Source: Hyaloraphidium curvatum SAG 235-1
Lineage: Eukaryota; Fungi; Monoblepharomycota
DNA length: 64,000 nt
Assembly: GCA_025558095.1 (NCBI GenBank)
Contig: JAIVFI010000039.1
Location: 62,001 to 126,000, forward strand
Direction of reading: 5' to 3'
Below the pieces are notes generated by a model, which was not told where the DNA came from, ran no database searches, and saw only the letters and a program-made list of their open reading frames with translations. A program made the translations under genes and the position numbers. Below, piece by piece: positions 35,799 through 47,906 of this stretch (position 1 is the stretch's first letter; each line of letters opens with the position of its first letter).

Positions 35799-36974
35799 AT
35801 GGCCGCCGCCGCGCCCGCAAAGACGACGCCCTTCTCCCTCGGGCTGTTCCAGGGTGTCCCCCAGCACGAAAACTTCCCGCGCTACAAGGAGCTGCTCGAT
35901 GTCGTCGAAATGCCCGCGTCGGAGAAACCCCACGTGTTCCCCGCCGGCGATGCGCTGACGCTCCCCGAGTCGTTCGAGTTCGACGGGCGGACCGTGAAGG
36001 TCGAGGACGCGCTCGAGGAGACCGACACGGCGGCGCTGCTCGTGCTCAAAGACGGCAAGATCGTGTTCGAGAAATACTTCCTGACCGGCGGCCAGGACGT
36101 GCAGTGGACCTCCTGGTCGGTCGCCAAATCCTTCGTCTCGGCGCTGGTCGGCATCGCCGTCGCCGAGGGCCACATCAAGTCCATCGAGGATCCCATCAGC
36201 GCCTACATCGATGTTCAGCCGGGCTCAGCGTACGACGGCGTGCGGATCAAGGACGTCCTCCAGATGTCCTCGGGCGCGCGCTGGCTCGAAGATTACTCGG
36301 ACCAGACCTGCGACGCGCTCCAGCTCGGCTTCTGCTTCTCGGGGGAAAACACGTTCGACGCCTTCGTCGCCGGCATGAAGAAGGAGCTCCCGCCCGCCAC
36401 CCTGTGCCGGTACAACTCGGGCGACACCCAGGCCCTGGGCACCCTCCTGATCAAGGCCACGGGCAAACCCCTCGCGGAGTACATGCGGGAGAAGCTCGTG
36501 CTGCCGCTGGGTTTCGAGCACTCGGGCTATTGGCTCGTCGACCGCGAAGCTCGCGAGGCCGCGTTCGCCGGGCTGCTGCTGACGGCGCGCGATTTCGCGA
36601 AGCTGGGCGAGCTCTACCGCCTCGGCGGCAAATGGCACTCCGGCGCGCAAATCGTCCCTGCGGAATGGGTCTCCGCCTCGTCCCACGGCGACGCGCCGCA
36701 CCTCGCGCCGGGCACCCCCGTGATCGGCGACGGCATCCGCCTTCCCTACGGGTACGGGTACCAGTGGTGGCTCATGCCCGGCCCGGGAGGCCAGTTCGCC
36801 GCGCAGGGGGTGTACAACCAGACGGTGCAGGTGGCACCGGAGGAGGGGGTGGTGGTGGTGAAGCTGTCGGCGACGAAGCTGTACGGCACCACGATGGGGG
36901 AGGAGACGAACAAGGGGGCGTTGAACGGGGCGCTGCTGGGGGCGATCGTTGCGGCGGCTGGGAAGGCCAAGTAG
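35799..36974 (+). CDS. Serine hydrolase, beta-lactamase class C / NylB-like, intronless
   Basis: SWSVAKSF (SxxK), YNSGDT (YxS), ARDFAKLG, YGYQWW, AQGVYNQ. Confidence 0.9.
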   Translation: MAAAAPAKTTPFSLGLFQGVPQHENFPRYKELLDVVEMPASEKPHVFPAGDALTLPESFEFDGRTVKVEDALEETDTAALLVLKDGKIVFEKYFLTGGQDVQWTSWSVAKSFVSALVGIAVAEGHIKSIEDPISAYIDVQPGSAYDGVRIKDVLQMSSGARWLEDYSDQTCDALQLGFCFSGENTFDAFVAGMKKELPPATLCRYNSGDTQALGTLLIKATGKPLAEYMREKLVLPLGFEHSGYWLVDREAREAAFAGLLLTARDFAKLGELYRLGGKWHSGAQIVPAEWVSASSHGDAPHLAPGTPVIGDGIRLPYGYGYQWWLMPGPGGQFAAQGVYNQTVQVAPEEGVVVVKLSATKLYGTTMGEETNKGALNGALLGAIVAAAGKAK

Positions 36975-37910
36975 TGGGTCGCGCTGTGCGTGTAGCGGGT
37001 GAGGGTAGCGGGGCGACGCAGGAGCAGCTGGTCGTGTAAAGCGAACACGTTTCTTATGGCTGCTTATCGTCGGTGACGTTGAAGTTAAGAGAGCATCAAT
37101 GAGGGTCGGAGCCCGTCGCTTCCAGGGTTGGCGCCTCCCCGCGCACAGTCAACTCACGTCACACGCAGTGCTACGCTGCACCCTCCGACATTCTCACCAT
37201 GCCGACCGCAGTCCTCGCCTCGTCTGCCGAAGGCGCCGCCTCCGCCGTAGGGCCACCGGCCCGCTGGGCCGACTTTGAGCGCCTTCGTGGACATCGCCAC
37301 TGGTAGTGCGACGCCTTCGTCCCGTTCGTGGAAAGTTGTGCCTTTTTCATTGCGATGTTCCAGGATCGGAGAGAGTCAGCGTCCGTCCGCACGCGCGCGC
37401 ACTAATCTGGATTCAGGTGCGTTGACCCCGCGTCACTCCCCAAGAGCTCACGTATCGCTCCTTGCATGCTAGAAGGTGAAAGCTTCGCGAAGCACACATA
37501 GTTGTACGAAACTCCAAGCCCGAGAGCGAAAGTGTCCTGCGCATATGACGCGTGGAGCCCGAGTCTGTGCAACTTCTGTCGGGTTTAACGGTCCGAACTT
37601 TCCAGGATTTGTCAGGGTCCAGGGTAGGTTGTCCCACCCAGCTCCCGCATCGCCCCTGCTCATTCGAGGCGGCCAACACTCGGGATAGGATTGCATCGGT
37701 ACAATTATATCAGCCCGAGGGCAATTGCGGTCGCCGGCTCGCAGCGCGCAGTGTCCCTCCGTTCCGGCCGCCGCGGACCCTTCAAGGGTCTCCGGGGTAT
37801 ATGAAGGCCACGGTGCTCTCCCATCACCAGGCACCACGACGCTCGGCTCCCGGCCGTCCTCAACTCTCCTCCACCGGCCGCACCGCCCTCGCACAATAAG
37901 CTCCAATAAG

Positions 37911-38404
37911 ATGGCCGACGAGGTGAACCCGGCACCCCCGCAGCCGTCTCCGCTCCGGGCAGGCCCCGCTCACGCTATTCGCCACCCAAGCTCTCCATGG
38001 AAGCGCCCCTCACGACCGCCGAGGCCATCGCCGTCCTCGAGCAGGGCGCCGCCGCGCCGGCCTCGGAGCTGGCCCGCCTCGCGGCGTTCCTCGACGCGTC
38101 GGAGGAGAACAGGGCCGCGGTGGCGGCGTGGGCGGCCAGCAACCAGGACAAGTTCAACGCCATGCACGCCGCGATGGATGCGGCCGGCGGTGGGCAGGAA
38201 CGGAGATGCGGCCCTGGCCCATCGGGTCCTGACGCGCTTTTCGGTCAGGTGACATGGCGGCGAAGGCGGGCGGCCTGAAGGGCTGGTTCACCAAGGTATG
38301 CTATCGGTCGGTGAGATCCTTCCTCCGCAATCATACTAAAGATGGCGTCCCTTCCACAGCTGAAGGGAACCGTCAATAAGATCATTGACCAGGTGACAAA
38401 CTAA
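37911..38404 (+). CDS. Small hypothetical protein, probably four exons
   Basis: MADE / LSMEAPL...MDAAG / DMAAKAGGLKGWFTK / LKGTVNKIIDQVTN*, joined by GT-AG introns. Confidence 0.5.
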
Positions 38405-38981
38405 GAACGGGTAGACGTCAACTGCAGCCGCGGGGCATTGCTCTATGCCCAACCAGCAACTTTTGTACTCCTGTCAATCTACTCTTTGTGTTGCATCGTT
38501 TTGACATGGAGCGGTGTCCATTATGTCGCACTGCTTGGCTGCGGCGCATGGCGCTGTGGACGGCGAGCCGGCGAGGATACAGAAAGCGGCGGTGCGGGGG
38601 AAATGGACAAGCAATCCGCCGGCTCGGCGGCAGGCAAACTCAGGAGAGCGGCGAGGAGGCATCAGCCAGCGCGTTATCGTACCCCTGTGGTTGGTTGAAG
38701 GAAGTGCTTTAGCATGACTGGTCCCTTTTGGGGGCCGGCAGGGCATCGTGCAGGATCCTGGACCATACAAGCGGCAGAGTGATTGTCCCGCCGGCTTGTG
38801 GTGGATTTCACGGCTATCAAGTGCGGTTCAGAGCACGTCGCACGCGAGGATCCCGGAAGTTGCTCGATTACGGGCCGCCCAATGCGACATGCCGCGCGTT
38901 TCTAATATTGGAACGTGCATCGACCGAGCTCCCTCCGCGCGCGTGGGAGCGCAGCGCTTCCACCAGACCGTCCGGCCAAGC

Positions 38982-39686
38982 TCAGCAGTTGGTCAGCTCG
39001 TAGATCCTGGTCTCCGAGGGATCCGGCGACCCGACGTCGCAGGCCGCCAAACTCGCGTAGCAGGCGCAGTACCCGTCCTCCGAAACCCTGCGCGGGCGCG
39101 GCGTCGCATCAGCCCGCCGGCAGCGGGAAGCAGCGGCAGGCACTACCCACCACCAGATGGCCCCGGCCGAGACGCCCCTGCAGTACGACACGCAGTCGGC
39201 GGAAACCGCGGAACCGGTGCCCGCGGTGGCATTGTAGCCGTCGCGGATGGCGGTGCCGGAGCAGTAGGCCTTGGAGGCGATGAGGTTCACGCTGCAGCTG
39301 TCGTAGCTGCGGTACAGCAGGCGGTGGCTCTCGCCGTACGCGACGCAGGCCACGTGGTCTTCGGGGGTGCCCGGGTAGCCGAACTCGCTGCAGGATCGTG
39401 GTCGTGGGGGAGATAACGTGAGCCCTGCGGGTGCCCTCGACGCGCGCGGTCCCCGGCCCACCAAAACTCGTGCGAGGAGGGGCAGTCGGCGCACGAGCGC
39501 GCAAAGAGCGCGCGGGTGGACTGCGGCTCGACGGCGCTGCGGATGGCCGGCGCCGGTGAGCGCAAACAAAGCGGAGAAGCGAACGCCGCCCGCCACGCAC
39601 TCGGCGTCGGCAACGGGCGCCTGGACCGAGCCGCGGGCGGCGCCGAGCAGGAGGACTACCAGGAGGCACCAAGCGGCGCGCATCAT
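38982..39686 (-). CDS. Small secreted Cys-rich protein (spliced)
   Basis: Signal peptide MMRAAWCLLVVLLLGAARG, many Cys residues. Confidence 0.5.
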   Translation of the reverse strand: MMRAAWCLLVVLLLGAARGSVQAPVADAECVAGGVRFSALFALTGAGHPQRRRAAVHPRALCALVRRLPLLARVLVGRGPRASRAPAGLTLSPPRPRSCSEFGYPGTPEDHVACVAYGESHRLLYRSYDSCSVNLIASKAYCSGTAIRDGYNATAGTGSAVSADCVSYCRGVSAGAIWWWVVPAAASRCRRADATPRPRRVSEDGYCACYASLAACDVGSPDPSETRIYELTNC

Positions 39687-40135
39687 CGTTCTCTCGGCGG
39701 TGCTTCGCTGTGTTTGGACGTTGTTGTCCTCCCCTCGAAACACTTTGGGTCCAGGCCAACCTCATCGGCCCGATCGTCAGCACTTGCCACACACGACGAC
39801 AGGCCGGCCGACGATCGCCGACCACTGGGCCAGCTGCAACATGCCCGATGAGCTTCCACGTTTGGATACTAACGACATCGCCCGCGGTTGGTGCTCTGGG
39901 GCGTCCGAGGTTCGCGCAAAAACTTCGGTCCCGCCCGAAAGCCGCCCGTGGTGCCGCCCGGGCGGACACTCAAAACGATTGCCCGCGGACCAAAGGAGAG
40001 CAATGGACCTCGATCCATTCGCCATCTGGTGCCCAAAACCCACTCTGCCCCGATCTTCCCCGCACCGGATGTCAATTCGACGGCGAACCGTGCCGCCGCC
40101 AACCCCCCCGGAAACCACATCCCGCAGCCTGCGGA

Positions 40136-42207
40136 TCAATCCGCCATCTCCGTCGCCGCGAACTTCCTCGACGCCTCGTCCACGCTCGCCACGCTGATCG
40201 CCAGCGCGCTCCCCGGATCCCCCTCCACCTTCCTGAACCTGAGCAGCCCCAGCTTCCCGGGCACCTCGCCCTCCTCGCCCACCGCGCCGAGGTCGATCCC
40301 GGCCTCGGCCACGCTGCGCCGCAGGTTGGCCGCGGTGCGCGCGACCACGGGCCCGTAGTTGGCCGCGATCCCGTCGACGTACCGCGACACGGCGGCGAGG
40401 TCCTGGGCAAAGGGGGAGCGCGGTGCCTCGCCGGGGGGCATCAGGTTCGCGGCGGCAAAGTTGACCGCGGCGACCTTGAGCAGGTCGTAGAGCACGGAGA
40501 ACTGGGCGCACCGCAGCTCCGGGTCAGCGCGGATCTGCGCGCGGAAGAGGCGCGCGGCGGCGACGCAGCCGTCGAGGACGGCGACGAAGCCCTGCGAGCG
40601 GAAGATGGAGGGGTCCGCGGCGCGGGGGTCCCCGCCCAGGTGGTGTTCCACGGCGTAGGTGTAGAAGGGGATGGACCAGGTGGCGAAGAGGTGCCCGTGC
40701 GCGGGGGTGCGGAACCACGGGCCCGAGAAGAGGGGGAAGGGGTCGCCGTCCCGCAGGGCGGGGCCGGCGTCCGGGGGGAGGGAGGCGTAGAATGCCGCGA
40801 CGACGGCGTCGAACATGTTGACGTGGGAGCGGTAGGCCGCCTCGTCGGGGGTGAAATCGGCCGGGTCCTTGGTGAGCATGGTGACGGCCGAAATGCCGCG
40901 CGCGGTGGCGAAGCTCCGCAGGCGATGGCGCAGGTGGCGGCAAAAGTTGGTGGTGTGGAGCACGCAGAGGAAGGAGGCGCGGACCTCGAACACCGGGGCG
41001 ATCATGGACCGAACGGCGGTGGCGCCCGCGTCCGCCGACGGCCGCGCGGCAAAGGATGCGAAATCGACCGCGGCGGGGGGCATGCCGCGCGCCAGCAGTG
41101 CAGCATGCGCTTTTTCGGGGTCCTCGTGGTCGAAAAAGACCTCGTGCGCGGGGAGGGCGAATGCGGCCGTGAAGTACGGCCGCAGCGCGGTACGGTTGGC
41201 CGCGAGGTAGGCAAATGTCACGTCGATGGACCCCCACACGATCCACAGGCGGAGCGCCGAGTCCCGAACCACCCAGTCCTCCGGGTCCAGGGGCATCTCC
41301 AGCATGTCGGGCGTCCCCAGCGGGCACACCCGGTCCAGCGCCTCGATGCCCAGCTCCATGAGCCTGAGGAGCTCCTTCCCGAAGCCTGCCACCATGAGCG
41401 TGTGCACGAGCAGCCACAGCACCTGCGTGGCCTCCAGGTCCGTCACGGGCCGCTGTTCCAGGCCGCCGAAATATCCCGCAAGGAGCGCCTCCTTGGCGCG
41501 GTCGCAGTGCGCGCGCGCCTGTTCCATCCGCTCGGCCGAGTCGCGTCCGGTGCGGCCGACGAGGGATCCCATGGCTGCCGCGGCGTGGAGGAGGGCCAGC
41601 GGCGGGCGATGGCCGTAGGCGCGCACGCCGCCCGGGGCAAAGGCGCGCTCGAACAGGGTCCTGTGCACGACGGGCACGGCCGAGTGGAAGTTCTCCCAGT
41701 AGGCTGCCAGGGCTGCGAGCGTGGCGGCCGACGAGGGGCCGGGCGAGCTGGGCGGCGGGGCGGGGGGCGACAGGGAGGGCGACGCGAGGGCGGCGGCGGG
41801 CAGGTCGAGCGGCGGCGAGAAGGGGCCCCCGGGCGGCGAGAAGGGGCCGCCGGCGAAGAACCTGAAGCCGCGGAAGGCGTCTGGGGAGATGGGCGACGGC
41901 GCCGCCTGCGAGCCCGAGCCCGAGCCCGCGCCCGGCGAAGAGCCCGAGCGAGTGAGGAGCGGCCCGGCCTGGTTCCGCTGCTCGCGCCGCTCCCGCTCGC
42001 GCTGCCGCCGCGGCACCCGCGAGTCCTGCGGCACGCACGCGCGGCCGACGCGGAGGCAGCGCTCGCACGGCGCGGGCGTGCCGTCGGGCTGCGGCGGCCC
42101 GCGTCGGCACTTCCCCTGGGCACGGACGGGTTGGACGAGGACGCCTCCACACGGCGCACGCCACTCGCCTTGATGTTGCTGCAGTGCTGGCAGCTCGGCG
42201 TCGCCAT
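40136..42207 (-). CDS. Zn(II)2Cys6 fungal transcription factor with a middle homology domain (intron in the Zn cluster)
   Basis: CQHCSNIK/KCRRGPPQPDGTPAPCERCLRVGRAC, AYWENFHSAVPVVHR.F, RLWIVWGSID. Confidence 0.85.
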
Positions 42208-43330
42208 CGTGCGCTCCGGAGGCGCGGCGCTCGCCGGCATGTGCGGAAGGGGCGCGCCTGGACCCGAGCTCCGCCTCGCCGAGCCCGCGCGGAGAATCGC
42301 GCCGGCGTTCGCCCGGACAACCGAAGCGGCCGAGCGCCGGGCTGAAAAGGCGCCGGAATCCGTCGGAAACCGAACCGAGCCGGCGATCGGCGGCGGCGCC
42401 GGCGCCTCCGGGACCGCCTCGCCGTTTGCCACAGCTTCCGGAGGTCCCTTCTCCCGCTGCCCTTGCGCCGAAACCGCCGCTCCTTCAGCCGACGACGATC
42501 AGGGCAGGCGGTAGATGGTCGACGTTGCTTGGGCCGTCCCGAAATTGGGGCGGAAAGGACCCGCCGGCGGGGGTTCCCGCGGTCGCGCCGCTTCCGCCAC
42601 CTCTTTGGTTCCCGGCCGCCGATCCGGGTTCCTGAGCGCCAAATGGTGGCCGCCTGCCTTCCTCCGGGGCAACGATCTTCCCCGGCCGGTTCTGGCGCCG
42701 CCGGGCGGCACCGCGGCGTGTCCGATGGATGGGAGGCACTTCGGAAAGCCTGCGGAGCAGGGCACGGGGAACGCCCCGGCCGGGTTCCGAGTCGCTCTGG
42801 GCACACGTGCGGCGGTTCCGACGTCAGGCTTCGCGGCGGCCTCGTCGGAAACAGCGTAGAAACGACGCGGCTTTCGCACGCCTCTCGGCCTCAATCGCCT
42901 GGTGCTTCGACGACAGTTCCACAATCCGACGTCCAAAGATCCAAAATCATTGCCGTGCCTTTCATGCTCGTGCCGCACACTACGGCATTTGGATCTCTTT
43001 GAGGTTCTCCTTATCTTATTCAGCTTCAAGCTGAGCCTTCCTGCTTCCTTACGTTCTTCCCCTACGCGGAAATGACCTCGGCGGTCCGGAAAAAATGAAG
43101 AGAAACGTACATTGCGGTCCATCCACGCGGGCGCTCGGCGTCCTCGGGGATCGGTGGCACTTTGCAGCTTCCCAGAACGCTGACTGTGCGCACGTGAAGC
43201 AGAAAAGGGGTCCCCGCAGTCCCTTTGCCCGCCTGCTGCGGGAAGTTCCGTCCCCCCCCGCGCCGCCCGTTCCGCCGGCCTGGCCGCGCTCCGCAGCCGC
43301 CTCCCTCTTTCCGCCCGAGTGTTTCCGCGG

Positions 43331-45152
43331 ATGGCGCAGGCGCCTCCCGCCGACGGCGGGCTGTCCGCGCCGCCCGGGCGGCCGCGCCGGCCGTCGCTCG
43401 TCGCCGTCGACGGCCCCGCGGCGCTCGAGGCGCTGACGGCGCCGCCGACGGTGTCGGAGGTCGTGGGCGCCGTGCTCGCCGCCACGCCGTTCGGCTCGCC
43501 GCGGACGCGCATCTCGGTGACGCGCCCGACCGCCGACCTGGCCGTCCCGGCCGACGACGAAGGCACAAACAACGACACAAACAACGACGCCGAACGCCGC
43601 GGCCGCACCGACGCCGACGCCCACCGCTCCGCCCCGCACGGCTCCACGCCGCCGCGCTCGCACTCGGCCCTGCGCCGCATCTTCACAGACACCCTGCGCC
43701 GCTTCACGCCCGAGCCCACGGACCTCGAGGGCCCGCCCGAGACGGACTTTGACCGCGAGGCAACGCTGGCGCGCTCCCGCCCGCGGACCCCCGAGGACGA
43801 GACCGGGGCGTCGGAGCCCGTGCAGGACGCGGAGCCCGAGCCCGAGGCAGACCACTCGCGCCTCGAGCCGCCGCCGCCGCGCCCGCCCGGCCGCCGCAGG
43901 TCGTGGGTCGAGCTGGCCGCCGACACCGTCATGGACATCCTGCTGCCCAAGGACGCCTTCGACTTTGAGCTGTCCGCCTCGGCCGGCAGGGAGGCGCGGT
44001 TCCTGGGGCACTACACCTACGACGACCTGCGGCAGTACATCACCGACTTCGGGATCAAGGACGAGCTGGCCAAGCGCGGCTACACGGACCTGATGTTCAA
44101 GATCGACTCGTCCGACGGGTTCGTGCAGCGGCTCACCGTGACCGACTCGTCGCTCCTCACGGACGCCGAGCGCGCCCGCGGGGCAAAGATCGCCGTCACC
44201 GACCGCAACTTCATCCTGGACCTGTTCGTGCGGATTAGGGACTGCCGCGCGTGGGACTTCCACGCGTACCAGGAGCTCGTGCGGCTGCGCGACGGGGACC
44301 CGGGGTTCCTCTTCAGCAGGCCGTCGGGCGCGGAAGAGTCGGCCGGGCGGCGCGCGGCGACCCCCGTCGCGGGGCTGGACCCCGACACGCACCACGTCTC
44401 GATCTGCGACCTGCCGCCGGAGGAGGCGGGGGAGGACGTGGCGATGCTGGAGGGGGCCTTCTCGGAGCCGCCGCTGAACGTGACGGTGGTGGACTGGCTC
44501 GAGATCCAGAACCCGCGCGCGGTGTTCACAAAGACGCGGCCGCCGCTGCCGGGACAGCGGAATCCGGGGCTCAAGGTGGCGAGGAAGGTGGTCTCGCTGA
44601 TCCTCTCGCTGGCCGAGTGGAGGCGTGGGTGCCGTTGCGGGCGGCCTTGTTGCGTCGAGTGACCTTCTGCCCCCCCCCTCCAGACCGAGACTGCCTCTCC
44701 AACTGCCCCGACAACTTCCACAACGCGTACCTCTACTCGCGGCGCGGGTTCCAGTACCTTTCCCCAAGCATGCAGGGCTTCTTTGCCGCACTCGCGGACG
44801 ACCTCGAGCCCGCCGTGGCGCGGTACGGCCTCGCCCCCGTCGCGTGGGCGTTCCGGCTGGGGCACCTGAAGGACAGGGCGTCGGGCAAGACCGTCGTGTG
44901 GGTATCCTCCCCGGCGCCTTCTGGGGTGCCCGTCTGACGCCGCCCGACAGCTGGTCCTCGACGCAGGAGCAGGTCTACCCCACCTCGGACCGCATGCGGC
45001 GCTACTTCACCTCGGACCGGTACATCCTCCAGGCCGAAAGGGCGCGCGCGGCGTACGGCGGCCGGTTTGCGGTGGACTTTGAGGACCCGAAAGTGCAGGG
45101 CGACCTCAAGGCCGCGATGAACTGGGGCGAGCTGCCGTTTTCGCCCAGGTGA
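43331..45152 (+). CDS. Hypothetical protein with a conserved bacterial-type domain, spliced
   Basis: WLEIQNPR..F...RPPLPGQRNPGL...P..FHNA.LY resembles a domain I recall C-terminal to some bacterial deacetylases; two introns near 44620-44685 and 44900-44950. Confidence 0.55.
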
Positions 45153-45676
45153 TGCCGGATGGCGGGGCGGGGTCGGGTTTTGTTTTGCTGCGGGGGAAGA
45201 ACGCTGCGTTTTTGCGCCGATTGGGGGGTGGAGACAGCGGATTCCCCGCCCCGCCCCTCCGTAAGAAGCCCGCCGTGCCGTCCGGTCCGATCTGGTCCGG
45301 GGTCCGCGCGGTCCCTCTCCAAACGAATTAATTGCATACAGCGGTCGGATCGGGAAGGGAGACGGGGAGATCGGGTTAGGCGAGGGGTTGCCGCCGGGGG
45401 TCCAGGCCATCTGGCAATTGGGGGCGGGCTTGCGGGGTGGCCGCGGGGATTGTTCCGGGCGTCGGCCGGTGCGGAACCCCATCTGCGGACGCATTCAATT
45501 GCAACGGAAGTTGTCCGGGACCTTTTTTCGGGCCGGCCGAGTCCGAAGCCGCCTGGGGTCTTCGGGGCTGTGTGAGTGCGGGTGGCCGACGTTGGGCCGT
45601 TGTTTGCCCCGGATCGCGGGGAGCCCACGCCCCCTAGCGGGCCGCCGGGCGGCCGCAGCGCACGGCATCGGTTAAA

Positions 45677-47416
45677 ATGGAGCCGGGCAGCCCTGCGGAG
45701 GGGCCGGCGGGGCGGGCGGACGGGCTGCCGCCGCCGGCCGGGCGGTGCTTCGGCTCGCCGGCCGAGCTCGGCGCGGCGCTGTCCGCCGCGGTCGAGGCGC
45801 ACGCGCACTGCCGCCTCGTGCCGTACTTGCTGCTGCCCGGCGGGAGCTGGGCGTATCTGGAGCGGCCCGACTCGCGGCCGCGCGCGGTGGTCGAGGTGCT
45901 CCGCCCGCGGCCGGCCGCCCCGCTCAAGCACGCCCGCCTCGACTGGCGCGACGAGCCGCGGCCGGTCATCGCAGTCGATGCAGTCTACTTTTCGCCCCGC
46001 GGCAGAATCGAGCGCCGCTTCGAGCTGCCCGACGAGCGCGGGAGGACGCCGAAAGCCGCCGCGGAGCAGATGGCGCGCAACGCCGCGCTGCAGGCCGCCG
46101 GGCCCGCGGACCGCTGCGAGTACCGCTGGCGGCGGGAGTTTGTCGCGCAACCCGGCGAGTGGGTGCGCAGGGACGCAGAGCCCGCGTGGGGGGACTGGGT
46201 CGCCGCGGCGCACGCGAGGGGCATGCGCGCCGCCAGGGTCATGCGCGGGCTGGACTCGTACGGGTTCCCCCCCGAGGGGCCGAGGCCGGACCAGGTCGGC
46301 GTCGAGGTCAGGGTGCTGGACTGGCTGCCCGCCGGGCGGGTGCCGGGCAGGGTCAGGTGCCGCTGCGTGTGGCCCGACGCCGAGAACCCGCGCGCGTGGC
46401 AGGGGCCGGACGACGGGTTCGAGAAGCGCAAGTGGTTCCTGCTTTACGAGCTCGACGCCGATCGGGGCCCAACGGGGGCGGAACACGCCGTGCACGGCGG
46501 GCTGGCCGTGCCGCTCGCCATCCCGGACAGTGTGCCAGGGACTCCCCAGACCGCGGTCACACCCAGCACGCCTGCACCGGGCACCCCAGTCGTCTCGCCC
46601 ATCACTCCGGGCTGGACCGTGGCGGTTGTTGCTGGGCGGGCCGAGACGGAGGAGGAAGAGGAGGCGGCGGAGGCGGAGCGGACATCTGCAGTCCCGGCCG
46701 CCGGCAAAGACGACCCGGCACCCGACGCCCCCTCCCCGCTCCCGGAACTCCCCAGCAGCCCCTCCAAGGACACCACCCCCTTGCCCACCCCTTCACCCGT
46801 GCCCCCCACGCCCTCCCCACTTCCCCCCAACCCCACCCTCCCGCGCAGCCCCCTCCGCTCCCCCGCATCCAACCCCGCCTCCCCCCCCGCACGCATCCGC
46901 TCCTCTACCTCCCCCTCATCCACCCCCCTGCGCTCCCCCGCATCCAACCCCGCCTCCCCTGCCTCGCCGCGCATCCACTCCCCCGCCTCCCCTTCCTCCC
47001 TCCCGGGCAGCCCCTCCCGCCGCCAGGGCGCCCCGCTCAACCCTTCCCCCTCCCCCGCCGCCCAATCCCACGTGCGCAGCGCCAGCGTCGTCGGCCGCTC
47101 CACCTCTGCCGACCGCTCCCATGCGCACGCGCGGAGGCTCAGCGCCGCGTACCCCTCCCCGTCCCCGGCCCCCCCTCCGATCCCCATCACCCGCGCGGCA
47201 AGCGGCCGCCACGCGCTGCCGGAGCTGCGGGTGGACACGGGCCGCTCCCCGATCCTACTTTCGGCGGTGCACCCCGAGGCGCAGGGGGGCGGGACGCCGG
47301 GGACGGGGGGGAAGACGCCGACGCCCAAGACCGGGGTGGGATCGCCGAGGGGGACGACGCCGGGGACGGGGGCGGCGGGGCTGCCCGGGTTGCCGGGGGA
47401 GACGTCGGAGGGTTAG
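45677..47416 (+). CDS. Hypothetical protein: globular N-terminus, Pro/Ser-rich repetitive C-terminus
   Basis: 579-aa ORF; PLRSPASNPASP occurs twice. Confidence 0.55.
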   Translation: MEPGSPAEGPAGRADGLPPPAGRCFGSPAELGAALSAAVEAHAHCRLVPYLLLPGGSWAYLERPDSRPRAVVEVLRPRPAAPLKHARLDWRDEPRPVIAVDAVYFSPRGRIERRFELPDERGRTPKAAAEQMARNAALQAAGPADRCEYRWRREFVAQPGEWVRRDAEPAWGDWVAAAHARGMRAARVMRGLDSYGFPPEGPRPDQVGVEVRVLDWLPAGRVPGRVRCRCVWPDAENPRAWQGPDDGFEKRKWFLLYELDADRGPTGAEHAVHGGLAVPLAIPDSVPGTPQTAVTPSTPAPGTPVVSPITPGWTVAVVAGRAETEEEEEAAEAERTSAVPAAGKDDPAPDAPSPLPELPSSPSKDTTPLPTPSPVPPTPSPLPPNPTLPRSPLRSPASNPASPPARIRSSTSPSSTPLRSPASNPASPASPRIHSPASPSSLPGSPSRRQGAPLNPSPSPAAQSHVRSASVVGRSTSADRSHAHARRLSAAYPSPSPAPPPIPITRAASGRHALPELRVDTGRSPILLSAVHPEAQGGGTPGTGGKTPTPKTGVGSPRGTTPGTGAAGLPGLPGETSEG

Positions 47417-47906
47417 GCTGTGTACACACGAGAACGGGTAAAGAAGTTGGAAGGCAATCTGCCCGGGGTGCTGTCCGACTAAAGTTAGATGGGATAGGAC
47501 CGGGGTGATCGTCGAAAGGCCCTAAAGGAAGCGCATGAGAATGCTCATGGCTAAGAGCGCCGATCTTCGATGGAACCCGTACAACCCGGTGGCAATGAAG
47601 AATGCGATAGTGCGATCGCACTATCGCATAGAACCGCTATGGGACTCCATGAGGATGCAGCAGAGCTGGAGGTGATCCAAAGTCGGCACCTCCACCGACT
47701 CATCGGCACCGTCTTGAGCAAACAGGGGCCGCATCGGGACGGCATCCAGCCCAGAGTGGCTAGCAGGGACTCGGACATCTTGTTGGTCCCTTACCATCTC
47801 GATTCGGGTGTCCTCGTCTGGGTCTTGGCGCGAGGAATCCAGCGAGACTCGGGGCGCAGAATCCCGCGAAGATTCTATCGATCTCGTCCCACCCAACAGA
47901 CATCCG

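Noticed and set aside
39710-42806. 934-aa and 760-aa ORFs
   Set aside because: Antisense or off-frame shadows of the Zn2Cys6 gene, R/G/A/P-rich as expected in high-GC DNA.
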